From contig OZ024742.1 of assembly GCA_964016885.1 (NCBI GenBank), positions 301,320,001 through 301,384,000 of the forward strand: a stretch of DNA of 64,000 nucleotides, written 5' to 3'. The notes below the pieces were generated by a model, which was given only the letters and a program-made list of their open reading frames with translations, had not been told where the DNA came from and ran no database searches. The position numbers were made by a program, and so were the translations under genes. The DNA comes from Eledone cirrhosa (lineage: Eukaryota). Shown here in pieces: positions 51,001 to 63,441 of this stretch. The first letter of the stretch is position 1. The number at the start of each line of letters is the position of its first letter.

Positions 51001-54000
51001 GGTGTGTCTATATCAGTAGGTGTGTCTATATCATTTGATGTGTCTATATCAGTTGATGTGTCTATATCAGTAGGTGTGTCTATATCAGTAGGTGTGTCTA
51101 TATCAGTAGGTGTGTCTATATCAGTAGGTGTGTCTATATCAGTAGGTGTGCCTATATCAGTTGATGTGTCTATATCAGTAGGTGTGTCTATATCAGTTGA
51201 TGTGCCTATATCAGTACGTGTGTCTATATCAGTAGGTGTGCCTATATCAGTTGATGTGCCTATATCAGTAGGTGTGTCTATATCAGTAGGTGTGTCTATA
51301 TCAGTAGGTGTGTCTATATCAGTTGATGTGCCTATATCAGTAGGTGTGTCTATATCAGTAGGTGTGCCTATATCAGTTGATGTGCCTATATCAGTAGGTG
51401 TGTCTATATCAGTAGGTGTGTCTATATCAGTAGGTGTGTCTATATCAGTAGGTGTGTCTATATCAGTAGGTGTGCCTATATCAGTTGATGTGTCTATATC
51501 AGTAGGTGTGTCTATATCAGTTGATGTGCCTATATCAGTAGGTGTGTCTATATCAGTAGGTGTGCCTATATCAGTTGATGTGCCTATATCAGTAGGTGTG
51601 TCTATATCAGTAGGTGTGTCTATATCAGTTGATGTGCCTATATCAGTAGGTGTGTCTATATCAGTAGGTGTGTCTATATCAGTTGATGTGTTTATATCAG
51701 TTGATGTGTCTATATCAGTTGATGTGCCTATATCAGTAGGTGTGTCTATATCAGTAGGTGTGTCTATATCAGTTGATGTGTCTATATCAGTAGGTGTGCC
51801 TATATCAGTTGATGTGCCTATATCAGTAGGTGTGTCTATATCAGTAGGTGTGTCTATATCAGTAGGTGTGTCTATATCAGTTGATGTGCCTATATCAGTA
51901 GGTGTGTCTATATCAGTAGGTGTGTCTATATCAGTTGATGTGTCTATATCAGTAGGTGTGCCTATATCAGTTGATGTCCCTATATCAGTAGGTGTGTCTA
52001 TATCAGTAGGTGTGTCTATATCAGTTGATGTGTCTATATCAGTAGGTGTGCCTATATCAGTAGGTGTGTCTATATCAGTAGGTGTGTCTATATCAGTAGG
52101 TGTGTCTATATCAGTAGGTGTGTCTATATCAGTAGGTGTGCCTATATCAGTAGGTGTGCCTATATCAGTTGATGTGTCTATATCAGTTCATGTGTCTATA
52201 TCAGTAGGTGTGTCTATATCAGTTGATGTCCCTATATCAGTAGGTGTGTCTATATCAGTTGATGTGCCTATATCAGTAGGTGTGTCTATATCAGTAGGTG
52301 TGTCTATATCAGTTGATGTGTCTATATCAGTAGGTGTGTCTATATCAGTTGATGTGCCTATATCAGTAGGTGTGTCTATATCAGTAGGTGTGCCTATATC
52401 AGTAGGTGTGTCTATATCAGTAGGTATGTCTATATCAGTTGATGTGTCTATATTAGTAGGTGTGTCTATATCAGTAGGTGTGTCTATATCAGTTGATGTG
52501 CCTATATCAGTAGGTGTGTCTATATCAGTTGATGTGTCTATATCAGTAGGTGTGTCTATAACAGTTGATCTGCCTATATCAGTTGATGTGTCTATATGAG
52601 TAGGTGTGTCTATATCAGTAGGTGTGTCTATATCAGTTGATGTGCCTATATCAGTAGGTGTGTCTATATCAGTAGGTGTGCCTATATCAGTTGATGTGCC
52701 TATATCAGTAGGTGTGTCTATATCAGTAGGTGTGTCTATATCAGTTGATGTGTCTATATCAGTAGGTGTGTCTATATCAGTTGATGTGTATATCAGTAGG
52801 TGTGCCTATATCAGTTGATGTGCCTATATCAGTAGGTGTGTCTATATCAGTAGGTGTGTCTATATCAGTAGGTGTGCCTATATCAGTAGGTGTGTCTATA
52901 TCAGTAGGTGTGTCTATATCAGTTGATGTGTCTATATCAGTAGGTGTGTCTATATCAGTAGGTGTGTATATATCAGTAGGTGTGTCTATATCAGTAGGTG
53001 TGTCTATATCAGTAGGTGTGTCTATATCATTTGATGTGTCTATATCAGTTGATGTGTCTATATCAGTAGGTGTGTCTATATCAGTTGATGTGCCTATATC
53101 AGTAGGTGTGTCTATATCAGTAGGTGTGCCTATATCAGTTGGTGTGCCTATATCAGTAGGTGTGTCTATATCAGTTGATGTATCTATATCAGTAGGTGTG
53201 TCTATATCAGTTGATGTGCCTATATCAGTAGGTGTGTCTATATCAGTAGGTGTGTCTATATCAGTAGGTGTGTCTATATCAGTAGGTGTGTCTATATCAT
53301 TTGATGTGTCTATATCAGTTGATGTGTCTATATCAGTAGGTGTGTCTATATCAGTAGGTGTGTCTATATCAGTAGGTGTGTCTATATCAGTAGGTGTGTC
53401 TATATCAGTAGGTGTGCCTATATCAGTTGATGTGTCTATATCAGTAGGTGTGTCTATATCAGTTGATGTGCCTATATCAGTAGGTGTGTCTATATCAGTA
53501 GGTGTGCCTATATCAGTTGATGTGCCTATATCAGTAGGTGTGTCTATATCAGTAGGTGTGTCTATATCAGTAGGTGTGTCTATATCAGTTGATGTGCCTA
53601 TATCAGTAGGTGTGTCTATATCAGTAGGTGTGCCTATATCAGTTGATGTGCCTATATCAGTAGGTGTGTCTATATCAGTAGGTGTGTCTATATCAGTAGG
53701 TGTGTCTATATCAGTAGGTGTGTCTATATCAGTAGGTGTGCCTATATCAGTTGATGTGTCTATATCAGTAGGTGTGTCTATATCAGTTGATGTGCCTATA
53801 TCAGTAGGTGTGTCTATATCAGTAGGTGTGCCTATATCAGTTGATGTGCCTATATCAGTAGGTGTGTCTATATCAGTAGGTGTGTCTATATCAGTTGATG
53901 TGCCTATATCAGTAGGTGTGTCTATATCAGTAGGTGTGTCTATATCAGTTGATGTGTTTATATCAGTTGATGTGTCTATATCAGTAGGTGTGTCTATATC

Positions 54001-57000
54001 AGTTGATGTGCCTATATCAGTAGGTGTGTCTATATCAGTAGGTGTGTCTATATGAGTAGGTGTGTCTATATCAGTTGATGTGCCTATATCAGTAGGTGTG
54101 TCTATATCAGTAGGTGTGTCTATATCAGTTGATGTGCCTATATCAGTAGGTGTGTCTATATCAGTAGGTGTGTCTATATCAGTAGGTGTGTCTATATCAG
54201 TTGATGTGCCTATATCAGTAGGTGTGTCTATATCAGTAGGTGTGTCTATATCAGTAGGTGTGTCTATATCAGTTGATGTGCCTATATCAGTAGGTGTGTC
54301 TATATCAGTAGGTGTGTCTATATCAGTTGATGTGTCTATATCAGTAGGTGTGCCTATATCAGTTGATGTCCCTATATCAGTAGGTGTGTCTATATCAGTA
54401 GGTGTGTCTATATCAGTTGATGTGTCTATATCAGTAGGTGTGCCTATATCAGTAGGTGTGTCTATATCAGTAGGTGTGTCTATATCAGTAGGTGTGTCTA
54501 TATCAGTAGGTGTGTCTATATCAGTAGGTGTGCCTATATCAGTAGGTGTGCCTATATCAGTTGATGTGTCTATATCAGTTCATGTGTCTATATCAGTAGG
54601 TGTGTCTATATCAGTTGATGTCCCTATATCAGTAGGTGTGTCTATATCAGTTGATGTGCCTATATCAGTAGGTGTGTCTATATCAGTAGGTGTGTCTATA
54701 TCAGTTGATGTGTCTATATCAGTAGGTGTGTCTATATCAGTTGATGTGCCTATATCAGTAGGTGTGTCTATATCAGTAGGTGTGCCTATATCAGTAGGTG
54801 TGTCTATATCAGTAGGTATGTCTATATCAGTTGATGTGTCTATATTAGTAGGTGTGTCTATATCAGTAGGTGTGTCTATATCAGTTGATGTGCCTATATC
54901 AGTAGGTGTGTCTATATCAGTTGATGTGTCTATATCAGTAGGTGTGTCTATAACAGTTGATCTGCCTATATCAGTTGATGTGTCTATATGAGTAGGTGTG
55001 TCTATATCAGTAGGTGTGTCTATATCAGTTGATGTGCCTATATCAGTAGGTGTGTCTATATCAGTAGGTGTGCCTATATCAGTTGATGTGCCTATATCAG
55101 TAGGTGTGTCTATATCAGTAGGTGTGTCTATATCAGTTGATGTGTCTATATCAGTAGGTGTGTCTATATCAGTTGATGTGTATATCAGTAGGTGTGCCTA
55201 TATCAGTTGATGTGCCTATATCAGTAGGTGTGTCTATATCAGTAGGTGTGTCTATATCAGTAGGTGTGCCTATATCAGTAGGTGTGTCTATATCAGTAGG
55301 TGTGTCTATATCAGTTGATGTGTCTATATCAGTAGGTGTGTCTATATCAGTATGTGTGTATATATCAATAGGTGTGTCTATATCAGTTGATGTGTCTATA
55401 TCAGTAGGTGTGTCTATATCAGTTGATGTGTATATCAGTAGGTGTGCCTATATCAGTTGATGTGCCTATATTAGTAGGTGTGTCTATATCAGTAGGTGTG
55501 TCTATATCAGTAGGTGTGCCTATATCAGTAGGTGTGTCTATATCAGTAGGTGTGTCTATATCAGTTGATGTGTCTATATCAGTAGGTGTGTCTATATCAG
55601 TAGGTGTGTCTATATCAGTAGGTGTGTCTATATCAGTTGATGTGTCTATATCAGTAGGTGTGTCTATATCAGTAGGTGTGTCTATATCAGTAGGTGTGTC
55701 TATATCAGTAGGTGTGTCTATATCAGTTGATGTGTCTATATCAGTAGGTGTGTCTATATCAGTTGATGTGCCTATATCAGTAGGTGTGCCTATATCAGTA
55801 GGTGTGTCTATATCAGTAGGTGTGTCTATATCAGTTGATGTGTCTATATCAGTAGGTGTGTCTATATCAGTTGGTGTGTCTATATCAGTAGGTGTGTCTA
55901 TATCAGTAGGTGTGTCTATATCAGTGGCTGTGTCTATATCAGTAGGTGTGTCTATATCAGTTGATGTGCCTATATCAGTAGGTGTGTCTATATCAGTAGG
56001 TGTGTCTATATCAGTAGGTGTGTCTATATCAGTAGGTGTGTCTATATCAGTTGATGTGTCTATATCAGTAGGTGTGTCTATATCAGTTGATGTGTCTATA
56101 TCAGTAGGTGTGTCTATATCAGTAGGTGTGTCTATATCAGTAGGTGTGTCTATATCAGTAGGTGTGCCTATATCAGTTGATGTGTCTATATCAGTAGGTG
56201 TGTCTATATCAGTTGATGTGCCTATATCAGTAGGTGTGTCTATATCAGTAGGTGTGCCTATATCAGTTGATGTGCCTATATCAGTAGGTGTGTCTATATC
56301 AGTAGGTGTGTCTATATCAGTAGATGTGCCTATATCAGTAGGTGTGTCTATATCAGTAGGTGTGTCTATATCAGTTGATGTGTCTATATCAGTTGATGTG
56401 TCTATATCAGTAGGTGTGTCTATATCAGTAGGCGTGCCTATATCAGTAGGTGTGTCTATACCAGTAGGTGTGTCTATATCAGTTGATGTGTCTATATCAG
56501 TAGGTGTGTCTATATCAGTTGATGTGCCTATATCAGTTGATGTGTCTATATCAGTAGGTGTGTCTATATCAGTAGGTGTGTCTATATCAGTAGGTGTGTC
56601 TATATCAGTTGATGTGCCTATATCAGTAGGTGTGTCTATATCAGTAGGTGTGTCTATATCAGTAGGTGTGTCTATATCAGTTGATGTGTCTATATCAGTA
56701 GGTGTGTCTATATCAGTTGATGTGCCTATATCAGTAGGTGTGTCTATATCAGTAGGTGTGCCTATATCAGTTGATGTGCCTATATCAGTAGGTGTGTCTA
56801 TATCAGTAGGTGTGTCTATATCAGTAGGTGTGTCTATATCAGTAGGTGTGTCTATATCAGTAGGTGTGTCTATATCAGTTGATGTGTCTATATCAGTAGG
56901 TGTGTCTATATCAGTTGATGTGTCTATATCAGTAGGTGTGTCTATATCAGTAGGTGTGTCTATATCAGTAGGTGTGTCTATATCAGTAGGTGTGTCTATA

Positions 57001-57603
57001 TCAGTAGGTGTGCCTATATCAGTAGCTGTGTCTATATCAGTAGGTGTGTCTATATCAGTTGATGTGCCTATATCAGTAGGTGTGTCTATATCAGTAGGTG
57101 TGCCTATATCAGTAGGTGTGTCTATATCAGTAGGTGTGCCTATATCAGTAGGTGTGTCTATATCAGTAGGTGTGTCTATATCAGTTGATGTGCCTATATC
57201 AGTTGATGTGTCTATATCAGTAGGTGTGTCTATATCAGTAGGTGTGCCTATATCAGTAGGTGTGTCTATATCAGTTGATGTGCCTATATCAGTTGATGTG
57301 TCTATATCAGTAGGTGTGCCTATATCAGTTGATGTGTCTATATCAGTTGATGTGCCTATATCAGTAGGTGTGTCTATATCAGTTGATGTGCCTATATCAG
57401 TAGGTGTGTCTATATCAGTAGGTGTGTCTATATCAGTAGGTGTGTCTATATCAGTAGGTGTGTCTATATCAGTAGGTGTGTCTATATCAGTTGATGTGTC
57501 TATATCAGTAGGTGTGTCTATATCAGTAGGTGTGTCTATATCAGTTGATGTGTCTATATCAGTAGGTGTGTCTATATCAGTAGGTGTGTCTATATCAGTA
57601 GGT
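27044..57603 (+). repeat. ~30.5-kb tandem array of an 18-bp unit (TCTATATCAGTAGGTGTG), about 1,700 units, inside EFCAB7 intron 4
   Basis: Direct reading; common variants GTAGGT/GTTGAT and GTGTCT/GTGCCT, plus rare marker variants and 2-bp-deleted units. Confidence 0.98.
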
Positions 57604-57653
57604 ATAGATATATATACATATGTATACACATATATATATATATACATATGTAT

Positions 57654-57708
<55 letters not shown>

Positions 57709-57758
57709 CATATGTATACATATATATATACATACGTATACATATATATATATATATA
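57604..57758. repeat. (TA)n/CATATGTA compound microsatellite
   Basis: Direct reading; similar tract at 59016-59255. Confidence 0.95.
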
Positions 57759-57893
57759 CTTAGGTTAATAGGAGTTAGGTATTGTATACCCGTGTCCCAT
57801 TAAGGTATTGGCAGCATAATAATTAGCTCTATGCTTTGGAACAGAGCCGTATATATGATAAAGAACACAAGAGCGTCTACAACATCAAAAGAT

Positions 57894-57953
57894 TTTTATT
57901 GGCTTACAATGTTTCTTCCTTATGTAACCGTAGGATTCATCAGAGCTATAAAA
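57894..57953 (-). ncRNA. Minimal type I hammerhead motif (antisense copy)
   Basis: Reverse complement reads TTTTATAGCT-CTGATGA-ATCCT...AGGAA-GAAA-CATTG-TA-AGCCAATAAAA. Confidence 0.6.
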
Positions 57954-58918
57954 GGGGTTTGATTGGTGTTATGGATTCTACCAACCAAACATTCAAGAAC
58001 AAAGAGTAAAGAGAGTAAAGAGCAAATGTAGGGGACGATAAGTCTAATTTTGGTGCGGGAGGGTGGGGTGTGGGTCCTTGTTTACTAGCCGCGGTCATAT
58101 TCATTCCTGGGAGTCGAGTGGTTAGCTGAACCATAGATGGGGTGGCGTCGAGAGTAGGGTGCAGAGGGTGTGCAGAGGCTACACACACACAAAGGGCATA
58201 CAATATATAACGGAGGAGAAAGTAATAACCTGTAAGTGAATTGAAGGTTCTGTAACTCTGATATACAGATTATTTATTATTAAGATGTATAAACTTGACA
58301 AAACTATTATCATCTTATATTCTCTCAACTAATCACATTTGATCATATTTCTCTATCCCGTTTTCTCCCTCCATAATTATAATATTTTTATTTGAAAAAA
58401 TCGGTTTTTTTACATTGTGTTTTCCCCTTCAAATACTTGCTTATATTTCTTTATATTCTCTCTATATTTTTTTAATATATATATTTTTTATCTTTATTCT
58501 TATTTCCACTTTTATCCTCCTTTATATTTTACCTTATTCTTACCTTTATACCTTATTATAGTGTAATCTTCCCCATGCCTTATTATACATTATTAATTAT
58601 AGATTATTATTATTACTCTTTTTTTATTTCTAATTACCTCATGTACTTTCTCCTCCGTTATATATATATTGTATGCCCTTTGTGTGTGTGTAGCCTCTGC
58701 ACACCCTCTGCACCCTACTCTCGACGCCACCCCATCTATGGTTCAGCTAACCACTCGACTCCCGGGAATGAATATGACCGCAGCTAGTAAACAAGGACCC
58801 ACAGCCCACCCTCTCGCACCAAAATTAGACTTATCGTCCCCTACTTTTGCTCTTTACTCTCTTTACTCATTGTTCTTGAATGTTTGGTTGGTAGAGTCCA
58901 TAACACCAATCAAACCCC

Positions 58919-58978
58919 TTTTATAGCTCTGATGAATCCTACGGTTACATAAGGAAGAAACATTGTAAGCCAATAAAA
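58919..58978 (+). ncRNA. Minimal type I hammerhead motif (sense to EFCAB7)
   Basis: CTGATGA 58929-58935, stem II TCCT/AGGA, GAAA 58957-58960, short stem III, GTA triplet 58965-58967, stem I GCT/AGC plus TTTTAT/ATAAAA. Confidence 0.62.
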
Positions 58979-59927
58979 ATCTTTTGATGTTGTAGATGCT
59001 CTTGTGTTCTTTATCATATATATATATATATATATATATACATATGTGTATATATATATATATATACATATGTATATATATACATATGTATACATATATA
59101 TATATATACATATGTATATATATATATATATACATATGTATATATATATATATACATATGTATATATATATATATACATATGTATACATATAAATATATA
59201 TACATATGTATACATAAATATATATACATATGTATACATATAAATATATATACATATCATCATCATCATCATCTATGGTAATATGGTTCTGTTTTTTTTA
59301 TAGTATTAACTTACTAGTAGTACACTCTGTGACGTGGTTGGTGATAGGAAGAGTATCCGGATGTAGAAAACTTACCAAAACTTACCAAATAAAAGGTCGA
59401 GAAGACACTCAGTTGTATCAAAGCATGACAATCATTCTAGTGCCAGTACCATAATAAAATACATGCTGTACATTTTATAAAGTGGTTGGACATCCAACCA
59501 TTAAAAACTTCCCAAACATGGTCAGTATGATTCTTCAGTTGTGTCTGTGACATAGCAACCTCCCTAGTGCTGGGGCTTTGATAAAATGCATCCAGTACAC
59601 TCTGTACAGTGTAAAAACACGTGTAAATGATAAATAAGGGAAAGGACTCATTTTACCTCTTCTCTTGGTCATAGATACACTGTCAGCAGGGATGGTCATG
59701 GCCGAAATGTCTTTGATAATAATTGACCTGGGGACAAAACAACCATAACAATAACAACAACAACAAATACACCATCCCTATCAGCAATATAACACTAATG
59801 GATGTCGGTCCTAAGACTTATTTCACACAATATCTTGTTATCAGGACTTTAACAATTGACTCTGTTTTAACTCACCAATGTTTTGTCTTGTCTTACTCTG
59901 ATTGTTTCCTTTTTTGTCATTTTATAG

Positions 59928-60060
59928 TTTAGCAGAACAATGGAAGAAACTATTTTAAAAACCAAAGAAGTGTCCAAAATGCTAATGAATTCAAAGCTGA
60001 AGAATCCTGCTGGAATACCCTCTGGCAGTTCATTAATGAACACTGACAATACATTCACAA
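59928..60060 (+). CDS. EFCAB7: EFCAB7 coding exon 5
   Basis: Strong polypyrimidine tract plus TAG; FSRTMEETILKTKEVSKMLMNSKLKNPAGIPSGSSLMNTDNTFT continues the EF-hand (vertebrate FCKLYMTTNEQCLKT...DSKL); donor A|GTAAAT, phase 0-1. Confidence 0.8.
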
Positions 60061-60319
60061 GTAAATTATTTCATTATTAGTCTATTGTTTCATAAAGATT
60101 AAAATATTATCATTATTAAAGGGCAGGGGATTGGCCATATTGGTAGAGAGTTGGACACCATGCTTCGCAGCATAGAGTTATGACCCTTTACGTTCTGATT
60201 TCAAATCCCACCGATGTAATAAGTACCAGTGTAATACATACCAGTAATATATTGAAATGATTCTGTCAACTGTAGCTATTTTTTACTAATAATTGTTGAA
60301 AAACTACATGGCAATGGCT

Positions 60320-60385
60320 GCTGCTGCTGCTTCTTCTTCTTCTTCTTCTTCTCCTTCTCCTTCTCCTCCTCCGCCGCCGCCGCCG
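60320..60385. repeat. Compound triplet microsatellite (CTG)n(CTT)n(CCG)n
   Basis: Direct reading. Confidence 0.85.
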
Positions 60386-60567
60386 ATTCATTACTACACA
60401 CACATGTGTGACTGTGTAAGTATGTGTGAGTATGTGCATGTGTAAAGGTGACCGATTTTAATTGGGTGGGAGGGTGGCTGGAGAGACCAACAACAACACT
60501 CAATATTTCAGTTCCTTTCACAAAGTAATTTTACTTTGATTTGCTGTCATCAGTTATTGTTTCACAG

Positions 60568-60762
60568 CTTCTCAGTCTGTCTCAGCATCTTCTCCGGAAA
60601 AATTTACCAAAATCAAGAACCAAAATGAAGGTATCTCGTTTGACAATGATATTATTGAGGAGTCTATTATTATTGATGATGATGATGAGGATGATGATGA
60701 CGTCATCATACCCACCACCACCTCTTCAACTCATGCTCTTGAAGTTAAGAGAAATTCCACGA
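60568..60762 (+). CDS. EFCAB7: EFCAB7 probable coding exon 6 (low-complexity linker; alternative donor after 60630)
   Basis: TTTCACAG acceptor; open phase-1 frame (T)SQSVSASSPEKFTKIKNQNE|GISFDNDIIEESIIIDDDDEDDDDVIIPTTTSSTHALEVKRNST; donors G|GTATCT (60631) and A|GTAAGA (60763) are both phase 1; little homology support. Confidence 0.6.
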
Positions 60763-60879
60763 GTAAGAGTTAAATTTTACTTTATAACAGTCTTATTTTA
60801 ACAATATAACTCATTAACTACCGACTTTATAAATAACAATGCCCTCATTATTTACTAACATTATAATTAACAATGTAAA

Positions 60880-61070
60880 GGGCGGTGGATTGGCAGTATC
60901 GGTACAGCGTTGGACGCCATGCTTTGCAGCATAGAGTTGCGGCCCTTTACATTTTGAGTTCAAATCCTGCCGAGGTTAACTTTGCCTTTCATCCTTATGG
61001 GGTTAATGAAATAAAGTACCAGTAATGCACTGGGGTAATTGCTGGCCTTGTGCCAAAAATAGAAACAATT
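60880..61070 (+). mobile_element. tRNA-derived SINE (family A)
   Basis: GGGCGGTGGATTGGCAGTATCGG...GAGTTCAAATCC...AGAAACAATT. Confidence 0.85.
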
Positions 61071-61109
61071 ATATTAAACAATATACTCATTATTTAATTC
61101 ACATAATTA

Positions 61110-61445
61110 ATTATCATTATCATTTTACGTCCGCATTTCCCTGCTTGCAAGGGTGGGACGGGAACTGATTCTGGCTTGATTTCTACAGCTGGATGCCCTT
61201 CCTAACACCAACCTCATTTACAGTGAGTGCTGGGTCCTTTTTTTTGTCATGGTACCTCCACAACCTCTTTGCAGTGGAATGATAGGGACTCCAGTCCTAT
61301 CATCTCATTTCTACAGCTGAGTAAACTGGAGCAATGGGAAATAAAGTGTCTTGCTCAAAGAAACAACACATCACCCGGTCTGAGAATTGAACTCACAACC
61401 TTTCGATTGCAAGCCCAATGCTCTTACCACTAAGCCATGTACCTC
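61110..61445 (-). mobile_element. tRNA-derived SINE (family C)
   Basis: Homologous to 12604-13042. Confidence 0.8.
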
Positions 61446-61585
61446 CATCCATTATATACTTATTATTATTAACTAACATATTAATTAATGATCAACTTGT
61501 TATTAGCTATTAATGATCTACTTATTATTAACTATTGATAAATAAATAAATCATTATTATTATTATTATAAATTATCATTATTAG

Positions 61586-62125
61586 GTAGATTGGCAGTAT
61601 CGGTAGAGGGTCGGACGCCATGCTTTGATGCATAGAATTACGGCCCTTTCCATTCTGAGTTCAAATCCTGCTGAGGTCAACTTTGCCTTTCATCCTTACG
61701 GGGTCGATAAAATAAAGTACCAGTAATGCACTGGGTAATTGCTGGCCTTGTGCCAAAAGTAGAAACAATTATTATTATAATTCAGACTGAGGGCAGTGGA
61801 TTAGTAGTATTGGTAGAGTCCTAGACACCCTGCTTTGCAACATAGAGTTACGGCCCTTTACGTTCTGAATTTAGACCCCGTTGCGGTTAGCTTTGCCTTT
61901 CATCCTTATGGGGTTGATAAATAAAGTACCAGTAATGCATTGTGGTCGATTTAATCGACTTTCCCTTCCCCTTCAAATTGCTGGCCTTGTGCCTATATCA
62001 GAAACCATCTGGTTCAAATCCCGCCAAGGTTAATTTTGCCTTTCATCCTTACGGGGTCGATAAAATAAAGTACCAGTAATGCACTGGGATAATTGTTGGC
62101 TTTGTGCCTAACGTAGAAACAATTA
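61586..62125 (+). mobile_element. Cluster of three head-to-tail family A SINE copies (61586-61770, 61790-62008, truncated 62010-62125)
   Basis: Repeated A/B boxes and CTTTCATCCTTA(C/T)GGGGT core. Confidence 0.85.
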
Positions 62126-62454
62126 TTATTATTATTGTTTAACTCATCTTTGGAGATGAGGATGTTTCCATGATTGTTATAATTGATCACACCTCCCTTG
62201 TACCTATATTACAGATCAATATTTATTACATTGATCTTCCATCATCACCACCCTGGAGTACAACACAGGATTTACTAATAAACACAGATTCCACACATCA
62301 ACCAGTTTCATTTCATCAGTTCTTTAATCAGCCATACATGTGAACAGACTTCATGTATAATTTTTGTTTATCACCCATCACTTATATTATATAACACTCA
62401 TCAGCCTGAAATTGTATTGAGCATTTTTATAATTTTATACCACAAAATAATCAA

Positions 62455-62710
62455 ATATCATTTGACATTCACTTTTCAAGTTTGCATGGTTTGGATGGAT
62501 CTTCTCTAAAACAGTGTCTTGTCATCTGTTGCACTATGGCTTCTTCTCATGTTTTCTTTGGTTTTCCTTTACTGCAGCTTCCTTCCACTAGGATCTCTGA
62601 GCACTTCTTCACCCAGTGTTCATTATCTATATACATCACATGTCCATACCAGCACTGTCATCTCTCCTGCACACTATATCTGATTCCTCTTATACTCAGT
62701 CTTTTTTACT
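62455..62710 (-). mobile_element. Decayed RTE 3' fragment
   Basis: Reverse strand resembles the RTE C-terminus (VQER..CWYGHVM...GKPKKT). Confidence 0.6.
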
Positions 62711-63346
62711 TTGCTCACTTGTGCTTAGGTATTCATACATGCTTATATTATACATAGTCTATTTCGATAAGTGTCATTTATTTTTTTCAGAGAAGTTGAC
62801 TGATAGAAGTTGAGTAATGTGTTGAAGAAAATGTATAATGTGGATCACCATTATCATCACCATTTGATGTTTGTTCTCCCTTCTAGCAAGGATTGGACAG
62901 GTCACACTAGTGACCTCTCAGATGGGTAGCGTGTGGGAATGTATATCTTCCAGATATGGCCCCTAGCCCATCCGAGAGGTCAGTAGCTTCAATTAAGTAC
63001 TGACTTGGTCTGAAACAACCTGTCCAGCTTTTGCTAACAAGGAAAACTTATGTTAAATGATGATAATGATGATGATGATACAATTCTTGCTCATCTCATT
63101 ACCAAACCATCATTCTTCACATTTTATCATTTTATCATTGATAATTCAATTATGGATTTCAAAACAAATAAAACAAACCCCATAATAAGTATGGAAGATA
63201 GTAAGGGGTCCCACAAGGTTAACCCTTACTTTAACAAGGAGAATGGCCTTAAAATGTTGTGTAAACTAATACAATGCAGTATAAATTTGTTACATTGAGA
63301 AGTCTCCAATGTTGACTAATGTGTCATTTCTATTCATAAACCTCAG

Positions 63347-63441
63347 ATAAATCTGTTGATTTGTTTCAATCAGAAAAAAAGTCTAAGACATTATCTGCTG
63401 CTGTAGAAGCTTTTACTGTCGCAGAACCCAAAAAGATCAAA
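63347..63441 (+). CDS. EFCAB7: EFCAB7 probable coding exon 7 (gene continues beyond window)
   Basis: CCTCAG acceptor; KSVDLFQSEKKSKTLSAAVEAFTVAEPKKIK, ending like vertebrate KLMEPNLIK just before DWQ; donor AAA|GTAAGA, phase 1-0. Confidence 0.75.

Larger units (their letters stand above)
57851..59020. mobile_element. Inverted pair of ~375-bp PLE pseudo-LTR-like repeats (57851-58224 minus; 58644-59020 plus)
   Basis: Arms are near-perfect reverse complements (ORFs 57946-58203(-) and 58669-58926(+) are almost identical); each arm carries a hammerhead motif. Confidence 0.8.

Noticed and set aside
27044-57603. CRISPR array or telomeric repeat
   Set aside because: No unique spacers or cas genes; eukaryotic intron; the unit is not TTAGGG-like and the array is interstitial.
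27483-57768. Long ORFs (SISVGV)n on + and (TDIDTP)n on - as a repetitive structural protein
   Set aside because: They arise because the 18-bp unit lacks stops in those frames. Recurrent 2-bp deletions and TGA/TAA variants break the frames, there is no unique domain or signal peptide, and the array lies in an intron whose flanking exons join in phase.
57946-58926. Two near-identical 85-aa ORFs as duplicated genes
   Set aside because: By-product of the inverted repeat; no ATG start, splice context or recognisable domain.
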